Assembly: GCA_016192545.1 (NCBI GenBank)
Contig: JACPTX010000053.1
Span: 1,129-65,128, forward strand
Length of the DNA: 64,000 nucleotides
Source of the DNA: Candidatus Omnitrophota bacterium
Lineage (GTDB): Bacteria > Omnitrophota > Gorgyraeia > Aquiviventales > Aquiviventaceae
Reading direction: 5' to 3'
Below the pieces are notes generated by a model that made no database searches, was not told the origin of the DNA, and saw only the letters and a list, made by a program, of their open reading frames with translations. Shown here in pieces: positions 8,450-16,921 of this stretch. The position numbers were made by a program, and so were the translations under genes. How positions within the stretch are numbered: position 1 is the stretch's first letter; every line of letters starts with the position of its first letter.

Positions 8450-11400
8450 ATGAGTCACATGGACGAGTGGGACCCCAATCCGAGTGACGGCACGTTGACG
8501 ACGAGGCGCGGCCTCCGGCGCGCTTCGCGTCGTCGTCTGCAGCGACGGTGGCGCTTCGCCGGCTGCTACGCCCTCGGGCTCACCGTCGCGATCCATGCCC
8601 TCTTGCCGACGACGGTGCTCGCCCTGCCTGAAGGCCCCTCAGTCGTCGAAGGGACCGCGACGATTGAGCAAACCGAGACTACGCTCACCATCACCGCCTC
8701 GGACAACTCCATCGTGGAGTTCTCGCAGTTCAACATCGCGCCGAACGAATCCGTGATCTACGTCCTGCCCGACGTGAACGCCTCGACGCTCAGCCGCGTC
8801 ACCGGCGGCAGCGCCAGCTATATCCAGGGCTATCTGTCCATCAACGGCACGCTGTTCTTGATCAACCCCGCCGGCATCACGTTTGCGCCGACCGCCACCG
8901 TCAACGCCGGCGGGCTCATCGCCTCCACCCTGCAGCTCCAGAACGCCGATTTCCTCGCCGGCCAGTACACATTCGGCGCGCCTAACCGGACGTCGCTGGC
9001 CTCGGTCGTCAACCAGGGCGCGATCGCGGTGGCCGAGGGCAGCTACGCGGTGCTGATGGGTGGGGCGGTCTCCAATACCGGCACGATTACCGCGCCGCTC
9101 GGCGAGGTGGTCATGGCGGCAGGCCAGATGGTCACCATCGGCGTCTCGCCGGACAACAGCCTCGTGGTCGCGATTGACAAGGCGGTGGCGAAGGAGGTCC
9201 TCGACGCGCAAGGCCAACCCATCACCACCCAGCTGGAGAACACCGGCACCATCGCGGCGGAGAGCGGGCGCGTCGTGCTGACCGCCGAGTCCGCGAATAA
9301 TGTCTTTGACTTGGCGGTGAACCAGGAGGGCATCATCCGCGCCGACGCCGTCGTGGTGGATGAGACCGGCGCCATCGAAATCGTCGCCTCAGGGCCCGTG
9401 CGCAGCGTCGGCACCATGAGCGCGCAGGCCGGCCGGATCCGCGTGGAGTCCACCAAGTCGGACGTCTCGGTCGGCGGCGAGTACCTGGCCAAGGATGGCT
9501 CCGTCGACGTGACGGCCGCGCGCGACTTGACCGTGGTCGCCACGACGCAGACGGCCGGCGCCACCACGTTCCAGGCCAAGCGGGACCTCAAGGTGCAGGC
9601 TGATCTGACGACCGACTCCGGCAATCTCACGCTGGCGGCGGATGCTGACCTCGACGGCGTGGGAAGCTTCTGGCAATCCGCCGGCACGACCATCGCCACC
9701 ACCACGTTCGGCGACATCACCATCTCCGCCTCCGGCGAGAGCACCTTGGCCAACGTCAGCTCGGCCGGCTCCCTGACCCTCAAGCAGGCCGGCGCGCCGA
9801 TCACGTACCGGCAGCATCCCGGCTCGACGGTGAACACGGCCGGCTCGATCACCATCCAGCCCGGCACGACGCTGGATGCCGCCACGACGGTCTATCAGGT
9901 CGGCAAGGATTGGATCAACCTCGGCGACTTCATCGCGGGTCAGTCCGCGGTGTGGCTGACCAGCTCGCAGCCCGCCCTGATCCAGGGCTCGACGACCTTC
10001 AACGACTTCGGCTCAACCGTTCCCGGCAAGCCGATCTACTTCGAGGCCCTGACCCTTCAAACCATCCTCGGCACGACCACGTTCCGGGGCGACTTCGGCA
10101 ACCTGCTCCTCCTGCGCTCCACCGTGCCAGGCCAGCAGTTCAGTCTCATGACAAATGACCAGACATTTGTCAGGTACACTGACTTCATGGACGCCTGGAT
10201 ACGCGGTCCTCCGCTTGCTCCAGCCCACTCTAAGAACTCTGGAAATAATCTGGGAATTGACTTTTCCCTGGCCGGCCCAGTGTGGACCGGCTCAGGCGGC
10301 ACCACCAACTGGTCAGACCCCTTCAACTGGGACGGAGGATTTACTCCAGGACAATTTGACCTCGTTCGCTTCGCCACAGGCGGACAATTGTCTGTGGTGG
10401 ACCCCGCCTTTTCCGGCACGATCGCCGGGCTTGCCTTGGAAGCCGGCTACCTCGGCACGGTCACCTTAGCTCGCACCCTCACCGTCACCGGCAGCCTCAC
10501 CATCAGCTCTGGCACGCTCAGCCTCAATGGCCACGGACTGAGCGTCTCCGGGACGTTCTCCAACGACGGAACCCTGCGCCTCCAGGGCGGGGAGAGCGTG
10601 ACCTTGGCCGGCGGCAACGACACCGACTCCGGGACCTGGGAGTATGTCGGCAACGGGGATGGCACGGTTGATCTCTGGACGATCAAGGACTTCGGCGCCA
10701 CCGACTACTACAACCTCCTGCTCAACGACACGCACGCCACGCCGGACCGCTTCGCGCTTGGCTCGGATATCACCATCACCGGCGACCTCACCCTGGCAGG
10801 CGGAACCCTGGAGGCCGGCTCCTACACCCTCACAGTGAGCCGGAATTGGGCCTTGCAGGGGGGTTCCTTCGATGCCGGCACCTCTACCGTAGTCTTCAAC
10901 GACGCCTCCCAGGCGAGCCAGATCCTGGGCAGCACCACCTTCTACAACTTCACCTCCACCACCCCTTCCAAGGTGCTCGCATTTGAAGCCGGCTCCGCCC
11001 AGACCATCCTGGGCACCTGGACCATCCGGGGCGCCTACGGTCAGCACGTGAAGCTGGTCTCCACCACCCCAAGCTCCCTGGTCGGCACAGACCCCTCCAA
11101 GCGCTGGCTGGTCAACCCGCAGGGCCCGATTGACGTCTCCTACGCCTGGGTGGAGGACTCGCACAACGTCAACCCGGTCGAAATCACGATGATCGAATCC
11201 ACCAACCGCGGCAACAGCATCGGCTGGGACCCCACCGGCATCTGGATCGGCCCAGCCGATGGGCTCTGGTCGAACACCGCCAACTGGAGCGGCCTGGGCG
11301 GCGCCACCCCGGGCGCCGGCGATGACGTCGTCTTTGAAAACGGCCCGACCGGCGCTAACACGAACTCCACGGTCGACGCCAGCTTCGGCGGCACGATCGG

Positions 11401-14400
11401 CAGTTTGACGACCCAGAGCGGCTACACCGGCACCATCACCCTGGGGCGCTCTCTCACCATCACCACGTCAAGCGGCCGCAGCGGAGCGCTCACCCTGGGC
11501 ACAGGCGCCACGATCTCCCAAGGAGCCAACACGGTAGTCGCCGAGAGCTACAGCCAGTCCGCCGGAACCTTCACGGGCGGCTCCTCGAACCTCACCCTTA
11601 ACGGCACGGCCACCATCACCGGTGGGACAATGACGCTCACCAGCGCCACGACCCAGGTGACCTCGATGACCATCAATGCCCCGGGGGTCGTCCGCATGGC
11701 CTCCAACAGCGTCCTGAACCTCACCGGCTCCGGCACCCCCCTGTCCGGCACCGGCACCTTGGATGTCACCACGAACACCCCGAACACCGTCCAGTACACC
11801 GGGACAGCCACGACCGATATCACGGCGGCGGGCCCGCTCACCGCCTACCACAACCTCACCCTGGCCCCTTCAGGATCTGGTCCCATGAGTGAAGACGGTA
11901 GTCTGACCTTAGTCGATCCGGAGAACCTTCTCTACGCGGCGGTCATCGATACGACGAACGGCTTCGCCTACTTCGGGACGGGCACCACCCCCGGCCGTGT
12001 CGTGAAGGTCCGGCTCTCGGACTTCACCCGGGTGGGGGCCTTGACGCTGGCCAGCGGGGAGAACGACCTCCGCTCCGCGGTCATTGACCCCGGGGCGGGG
12101 TTTGCGTACTTCGGGACGTACACCTCCCCGGGGATCGTCGTGAAGGTCCGGCTGTCGGACTTCACCCGCAATGCGGCCTTGACGTTCAATAGCGGGGAGA
12201 ACCTCCTCGTCTCCGCGGTCATTGACCCCGGGGCGGGGTTTGCGTACTTCGGGACGTACACCTCCCCGGGGATCGTCGTGAAGGTCCGGCTCTCCGACTT
12301 CACCCGGGTGGGGGCGCTGACGCTGAATGCGGGACCGCCTCCGTCGACGGCTGAGAACATCCTCTCTTCCGCCGTCATTGACACCACGAACGGGTTTGCG
12401 TACTTCGGGACGGGCCAAAGCCCCGGCAAGGTCGTCAAGATTAACCTGGCGACCTTCACCCGGGTGGGGGCGCTGACGCTGAATGCGGGGGAGAACGGCC
12501 TCACCTCCGCGGTCATTGACCCCGGGGCGGGGTTTGCGTACTTCGGGACGTACACCTCCCCGGGGATCGTCGTGAAGGTCCGGCTCTCCGACTTCACCCG
12601 GAATGCCGCGCTGACCCTGAATGCGGGGGAGGACAGCCTCTCCTCCGCGGTCATCGACCCCGGGGCGGGGTTTGCGTACTTCGGGACGGACTTTGTGTGC
12701 TGGGGGTCCTGCGGCTCTACCCCCCCGGGGATCGTCGTGAAGGTCAATCTCGTGGGAAGTGTCACGATGCGCCTGGGCACCGCCGCCAGCCAGACCCTCA
12801 CGGTGAATGGAAATTTGACGATCGGGAATGGCACCAACGCCGTGACGGTCACCGCGGCGACCTACAATCCCAATATCCTGGTGGCTGGCAACTTCACCTT
12901 GAACGCCAACTCGACCTGGACGAAGGGCAGCGGCACGCTCACCTTCAACGGCACCGGGAACCTCACGGACAGCAACGCCACGAAGCAGGACCTCGGCAAC
13001 GTGGTCATCAGCAACAGCTCGACCCGGACCCTGACCACCGCAGTCAAGATGACCGGCCTCACGATCAACTCCGGCAACACCTTCGTCCTGGCCGGCAACA
13101 CCTTCGCGTTCTCCGCGTTCGGCTCCCCCGACTATTGGAATCTCACCATCGCCGGGGATGCCAGCGAAACGTTCACGCCGGGCGGGGCGCTGGATGTCGA
13201 TGGCGTCTTCACGCTCACCTCGGGGACATTCGCGCAGGGCGCCAACACCATGAACGTCGCCGGGAACTTCAGTCTGGCCAGCGGCGCCACCTTCACCAAA
13301 GCCACCGGCGGCCAGGCCCTGACCTTCGATGGGACCGGCAATCTCTCGGACAGCAACGCCACGAAGCAGGACCTCGGCAACGTGGTCATCAGCAACAGCT
13401 CGACCCGGACCCTGACCACCGCTAGCACGATGACGAACCTCACGATCAACTCCGGCAGCACCTTCTCGCTCGCCGGCAACAACTTCACCTTCTCGGCCTC
13501 CGCCGCCGTCAACAACTCCGGCACCTTCCGGCTCGTTGGAAACGAGACCCTCACGAACGTGTCGAACCTCGATATTGATTCGGGGACGGTGGTCTACGAG
13601 GGGGTGGCGGATTCGTTCGCGACCACCTACCTCATCAAGGACTTCGGAGGCACGGACTACTACAACCTCCGGTTCTCTTACGCTGGCGATCCCCTCGACG
13701 CTGACACGTTCCAGCCGATGAGCGGATTGGCGGTGGCAGGCACCTTCACCATTGACGGAGGCATCTACGACGCCAACGGCCAGACGACGACCGTCACCGG
13801 ACTGGCCACCATCGGCGGTGCCGGCCGCATCACCGGCTATCTGGCCTCGACCGCCACCCAGACGTTCAACGGCGGGCTGACGCTTTCCTCGGGCGGCAGC
13901 CTGACCGGTTCCAGCGGCCTCCTTGATGTCAACGGCGCGCTCACGCTCAATGCCGCCACGTCGTTCTCCCAAGGCACGGCCGCCCTGAACGTGTCCGGAA
14001 CCTTGAGCATCGCCAACGGGCCCGTCTTCACCAAGGCCACCAACGGGACGGCGCTCACGTTCGACGGGGACGGCAACCTCACGGACAGCAACGCCGCCGG
14101 CTCCAAGGTGGACCTGGGCAACGTCGTCATCTCCAACAACTCCCTCCGGATGGTCACGAGCCCAGGCGATACCGGGGTGAAGATGACCAGCCTGACGATC
14201 AACAGTGGCAGCACCTTCGCGTTGGAAAACAGCGTCTTCGAGTTTTCCGCCTCGGCGGCGGTGGTCAACAACGGCACCTTCAGGCTGTATGCCACGGCCA
14301 CGCTCACCAACGTCACGAACCTGGACACCGACTCCGGCACGGTGGAGTACAATGCCACTGGCGCGGCTCTGAAAGACTTCGGTGCGGCAGACTACTACAA

Positions 14401-16429
14401 CCTCACGCTCGATTCCCCCGGCACCTTTACCCTGGCAGGACCACTGGATGTCAACGGAGCCTTCACCATGACGCTCGGGACGCTGGACCAAGGCACCAAC
14501 ACGATGAATGTCGCCGGGAACTTCACGATCGGGGTCCTCGCAGGCTTCACTAAGTCCTCCAATAACTCTGCGCTCACCTTCGACGGCACCGGCAACCTCA
14601 CCGACTCCACCGCCACGAAGCAGGACCTCGGCAACGTGGTCATCAGCAACAGCTCGACCCGGACCCTGACCACCGCAGTCAAGATGACCGGCCTCACGAT
14701 CAACTCCGGCAACACCTTCGTCCTGGCCGGCAACACCTTCGCGTTCTCCGCCAGCAACTTGGACACGGACTCCGGCACCGTGGAGTACGTCGGGGATGGG
14801 GCCGGCGGAGTGGCCAACTTCACCCTCAAGGACTTCGGCTCACCCGACTACTTCCATCTCACCATTGCCGGGGATGCCAGCGAAACCTTCACCCCGGGCG
14901 GGGCGCTGGACGTCAACGGGGTCTTCACCCTCACGAGCGGGACCTTCAGCCAGGGCGCCAACACGATGAACGTCGCCGGGAACTTCAGTCTGGCCAGCGG
15001 CGCCACCTTCACCAAAGCCACCGGCGGCCAGGCCCTGACCTTCGATGGGACCGGCAATCTCTCGGACAGCACCGCCACGAAGCAGGACCTCGGCAACGTG
15101 GTCATCAGCAACAGCTCGACCCGGACCCTGACCACCGCAGTCAAGATGACCGGCCTCACGATCAACTCCGGCAGCACCTTCTCGCTCGCCGGCAACACCT
15201 TCGCGTTCTCCGCCTCCGCCGCGGTCAGCAACTCCGGCACCTTCCGGCTCAACGGCACTGAGACCTTGACGAACGTCACGAACCTCGATGTGGACTCCGG
15301 GACGGTCGAGTACGTCGGCGATGGGGCGGGCGGGACGGCCACCTTCACCCTGAAGGACTTCGGGGGGACGGATTACTACAATCTGACGATCAATTCGACC
15401 GCCGGGGATGAAACGTTCCAATTAGGCGGCGCGTTGGATGCCAACGGCACGCTCACCATCACCAGCGGGACGCTCGACGTCACCGGCAACAATTACGCCA
15501 TCAATGTGGCCGGGAACTGGTCGAACTCCGGCACGTTCACCGCGCGGAGCGGCTCGGTGACGCTGGACGGTGCCAGCCAGCAGATCCTGGGCTCCACAAC
15601 GTTCTATGAGCTCATCAAGACCGTAACCGCCGCCGACACACTGACGTTCCAGGCCGGCACGACGCAAACCATCACCGGTGCCAACACTCTGACGCTGAAG
15701 GGCACGGCGGGTGCGCTGTTAAGCTTGCGCTCCAGCAGCCCTGGCACTGCGTGGTCTATTGACCCCCGCGGGAGCCGTTCGGTGGAATACCTGGACGTGC
15801 AGGACTCCACCAACGTCAACGCCACTCAAATTGACTGTCTAACTGGGTGTGTTGATTCGGGCCGCAACAGCGGGTGGCGCTTCTCGCTGCCCGCGGCAGC
15901 GGCGGCAGCGGCTGATGGCGGCCTCGGCAACGATGTGGTGAACGACGCGGTCGAGATCGTGGACGTCTTCGAGCCGGACCTGCCGGAGCTTGGCGACGCG
16001 GAAGAACCGGTCATCGAGCCGCAGGCCCAGGCGCCGCAAGCCCAGGAACCGGCGCAGGAGGAGCAGGCGGCCGCTGAAGCCGAGGCGGAAGAGGACCTGT
16101 GGGAGGCCTTCGGGACGGCCGAGGCCGCGGAGGGCATGACCACCGAAGTGACCGTATTCGAAGGGGAGGTGTATATGGTATGCTATAGTGAGAAGGAGGG
16201 GGAGCGGAAGCAGGAGCCCTGCGGCACCGTGAAGGCGGGGCAGAAGACTGCGGTGAAGTTCAACCGCTCGCCGGAACCGCTGAAGCGCCTGGCCGTGCTC
16301 AAGCAGCTCCGCGGCCAGCGTCAGGGGTTCAGTCTGCGGCGCCAGCAGGGACCGCTATCCACTGCGGGGCGGGTGCTGGGGTTCGTCCTGTGGCAGGTGC
16401 TGGACGTCATCACGAACGACAACGAGTAA
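8450..16429 (+). CDS. Giant TpsA exoprotein / filamentous-haemagglutinin-like adhesin (2659 aa)
   Basis: N-terminal TPS secretion domain (LPEGPSVVEGTATIEQ...FSQFNI...LINPAGITF, an NPxGI-type motif at 8864-8878). Followed by long Thr/Gly/Asn-rich beta-helix-like repeats, about eight ~45-aa AVIDxxxGFAYFGT...VVKVRLSDFTR repeats, and an acidic Ala/Glu/Gln C-terminal linker. The exact start (8450 vs 8459) is uncertain. Confidence 0.9.
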   Translation: MSHMDEWDPNPSDGTLTTRRGLRRASRRRLQRRWRFAGCYALGLTVAIHALLPTTVLALPEGPSVVEGTATIEQTETTLTITASDNSIVEFSQFNIAPNESVIYVLPDVNASTLSRVTGGSASYIQGYLSINGTLFLINPAGITFAPTATVNAGGLIASTLQLQNADFLAGQYTFGAPNRTSLASVVNQGAIAVAEGSYAVLMGGAVSNTGTITAPLGEVVMAAGQMVTIGVSPDNSLVVAIDKAVAKEVLDAQGQPITTQLENTGTIAAESGRVVLTAESANNVFDLAVNQEGIIRADAVVVDETGAIEIVASGPVRSVGTMSAQAGRIRVESTKSDVSVGGEYLAKDGSVDVTAARDLTVVATTQTAGATTFQAKRDLKVQADLTTDSGNLTLAADADLDGVGSFWQSAGTTIATTTFGDITISASGESTLANVSSAGSLTLKQAGAPITYRQHPGSTVNTAGSITIQPGTTLDAATTVYQVGKDWINLGDFIAGQSAVWLTSSQPALIQGSTTFNDFGSTVPGKPIYFEALTLQTILGTTTFRGDFGNLLLLRSTVPGQQFSLMTNDQTFVRYTDFMDAWIRGPPLAPAHSKNSGNNLGIDFSLAGPVWTGSGGTTNWSDPFNWDGGFTPGQFDLVRFATGGQLSVVDPAFSGTIAGLALEAGYLGTVTLARTLTVTGSLTISSGTLSLNGHGLSVSGTFSNDGTLRLQGGESVTLAGGNDTDSGTWEYVGNGDGTVDLWTIKDFGATDYYNLLLNDTHATPDRFALGSDITITGDLTLAGGTLEAGSYTLTVSRNWALQGGSFDAGTSTVVFNDASQASQILGSTTFYNFTSTTPSKVLAFEAGSAQTILGTWTIRGAYGQHVKLVSTTPSSLVGTDPSKRWLVNPQGPIDVSYAWVEDSHNVNPVEITMIESTNRGNSIGWDPTGIWIGPADGLWSNTANWSGLGGATPGAGDDVVFENGPTGANTNSTVDASFGGTIGSLTTQSGYTGTITLGRSLTITTSSGRSGALTLGTGATISQGANTVVAESYSQSAGTFTGGSSNLTLNGTATITGGTMTLTSATTQVTSMTINAPGVVRMASNSVLNLTGSGTPLSGTGTLDVTTNTPNTVQYTGTATTDITAAGPLTAYHNLTLAPSGSGPMSEDGSLTLVDPENLLYAAVIDTTNGFAYFGTGTTPGRVVKVRLSDFTRVGALTLASGENDLRSAVIDPGAGFAYFGTYTSPGIVVKVRLSDFTRNAALTFNSGENLLVSAVIDPGAGFAYFGTYTSPGIVVKVRLSDFTRVGALTLNAGPPPSTAENILSSAVIDTTNGFAYFGTGQSPGKVVKINLATFTRVGALTLNAGENGLTSAVIDPGAGFAYFGTYTSPGIVVKVRLSDFTRNAALTLNAGEDSLSSAVIDPGAGFAYFGTDFVCWGSCGSTPPGIVVKVNLVGSVTMRLGTAASQTLTVNGNLTIGNGTNAVTVTAATYNPNILVAGNFTLNANSTWTKGSGTLTFNGTGNLTDSNATKQDLGNVVISNSSTRTLTTAVKMTGLTINSGNTFVLAGNTFAFSAFGSPDYWNLTIAGDASETFTPGGALDVDGVFTLTSGTFAQGANTMNVAGNFSLASGATFTKATGGQALTFDGTGNLSDSNATKQDLGNVVISNSSTRTLTTASTMTNLTINSGSTFSLAGNNFTFSASAAVNNSGTFRLVGNETLTNVSNLDIDSGTVVYEGVADSFATTYLIKDFGGTDYYNLRFSYAGDPLDADTFQPMSGLAVAGTFTIDGGIYDANGQTTTVTGLATIGGAGRITGYLASTATQTFNGGLTLSSGGSLTGSSGLLDVNGALTLNAATSFSQGTAALNVSGTLSIANGPVFTKATNGTALTFDGDGNLTDSNAAGSKVDLGNVVISNNSLRMVTSPGDTGVKMTSLTINSGSTFALENSVFEFSASAAVVNNGTFRLYATATLTNVTNLDTDSGTVEYNATGAALKDFGAADYYNLTLDSPGTFTLAGPLDVNGAFTMTLGTLDQGTNTMNVAGNFTIGVLAGFTKSSNNSALTFDGTGNLTDSTATKQDLGNVVISNSSTRTLTTAVKMTGLTINSGNTFVLAGNTFAFSASNLDTDSGTVEYVGDGAGGVANFTLKDFGSPDYFHLTIAGDASETFTPGGALDVNGVFTLTSGTFSQGANTMNVAGNFSLASGATFTKATGGQALTFDGTGNLSDSTATKQDLGNVVISNSSTRTLTTAVKMTGLTINSGSTFSLAGNTFAFSASAAVSNSGTFRLNGTETLTNVTNLDVDSGTVEYVGDGAGGTATFTLKDFGGTDYYNLTINSTAGDETFQLGGALDANGTLTITSGTLDVTGNNYAINVAGNWSNSGTFTARSGSVTLDGASQQILGSTTFYELIKTVTAADTLTFQAGTTQTITGANTLTLKGTAGALLSLRSSSPGTAWSIDPRGSRSVEYLDVQDSTNVNATQIDCLTGCVDSGRNSGWRFSLPAAAAAAADGGLGNDVVNDAVEIVDVFEPDLPELGDAEEPVIEPQAQAPQAQEPAQEEQAAAEAEAEEDLWEAFGTAEAAEGMTTEVTVFEGEVYMVCYSEKEGERKQEPCGTVKAGQKTAVKFNRSPEPLKRLAVLKQLRGQRQGFSLRRQQGPLSTAGRVLGFVLWQVLDVITNDNE
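11930..12760 (+). repeat. Tandem ~135-bp coding repeats inside tpsA (AVIDPGAGFAYFGTYTSPGIVVKVRLSDFTR units)
   Basis: About 8 successive units. Several share long identical DNA stretches, e.g. gcggtcattgaccccggggcggggtttgcgtacttcgggacgtacacctccccggggatcgtcgtgaaggtccggct at ~12076, ~12214 and ~12507. Confidence 0.85.
12976..13116 (+). repeat. 141-bp intragenic repeat in tpsA, identical to 14611..14751
   Basis: cgccacgaagcaggacctcggcaacgtggtcatcagc...caacaccttcgcgttctccgc read at both places. Related ~290-bp segments at 13139-13430 and 14864-15135 are nearly identical. Confidence 0.85.
14611..14751 (+). repeat. 141-bp intragenic repeat in tpsA, identical to 12976..13116
   Basis: See the partner copy at 12976..13116. 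Confidence 0.85.
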
Positions 16430-16438
16430 GGAGGCGGG

Positions 16439-16909
16439 ATGCGTGACCTTCGAGCAGGGTGTCTTGTGGTCGCACTCCTCAGCTTGAGTCTGGCCAGCGC
16501 CCACGCCCAGTCTACGCGCCAGGCGACCGTCGCCGAAGTCCGTGGCGACGTCTCGGTCAAACTCGCCGGCGGTGAGTGGCAGCCCGCCGCGGTCGGCGCC
16601 CTCCTCAATGAGAAGGATGAGATCAAGACCGCCGCCGGCGGCTACGCCCAGCTCCTCCTAGATGAGAACGGGCAGACTGCGCAGGTCGAATTGAAAGAAA
16701 ACAGCCACATGCGGCTGAACACGATGAGCCGCGATCCCGAGACCGGCAACAAGACGACCCTGCTGGACCTGGCCATCGGCCGGGTGCTGGTCCACGCGGA
16801 GAAACTGCAAGGGGATTCCAAGTTCGAAGTCCGGACGCCGACGTCCACCACGGGAGTCCGCGGCACCGTCTTCGAGGTCAGCGCGGAAAAAGAGTCCCCG
16901 ACGCCCTAA
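16439..16909 (+). CDS. FecR-domain periplasmic protein
   Basis: 156 aa. Signal peptide MRDLRAGCLVVALLSLSLASAHA, then DEIKTAAGGYAQLLL...VRTPTSTTGVRGTVFEV, typical of the FecR domain. GGAGG lies 5 nt upstream of the ATG and 9 nt after the tpsA stop. Confidence 0.75.
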   Translation: MRDLRAGCLVVALLSLSLASAHAQSTRQATVAEVRGDVSVKLAGGEWQPAAVGALLNEKDEIKTAAGGYAQLLLDENGQTAQVELKENSHMRLNTMSRDPETGNKTTLLDLAIGRVLVHAEKLQGDSKFEVRTPTSTTGVRGTVFEVSAEKESPTP

Positions 16910-16921
16910 GCTCTCAGGTGC

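Noticed and set aside
11909-14491. 860-aa ORF on the minus strand, plus neighbouring minus-strand ORFs at 9043-15421
   Set aside because: Antisense to tpsA. Their internal repetition simply mirrors the tpsA repeats, and no independent domain signal is present.
8450-16429. TpsA as a contact-dependent inhibition (CdiA) toxin
   Set aside because: I could find no VENN or similar pre-toxin motif, no recognisable C-terminal toxin domain, and no small immunity gene downstream (the next gene is FecR-like). Kept as adhesin or signalling exoprotein.
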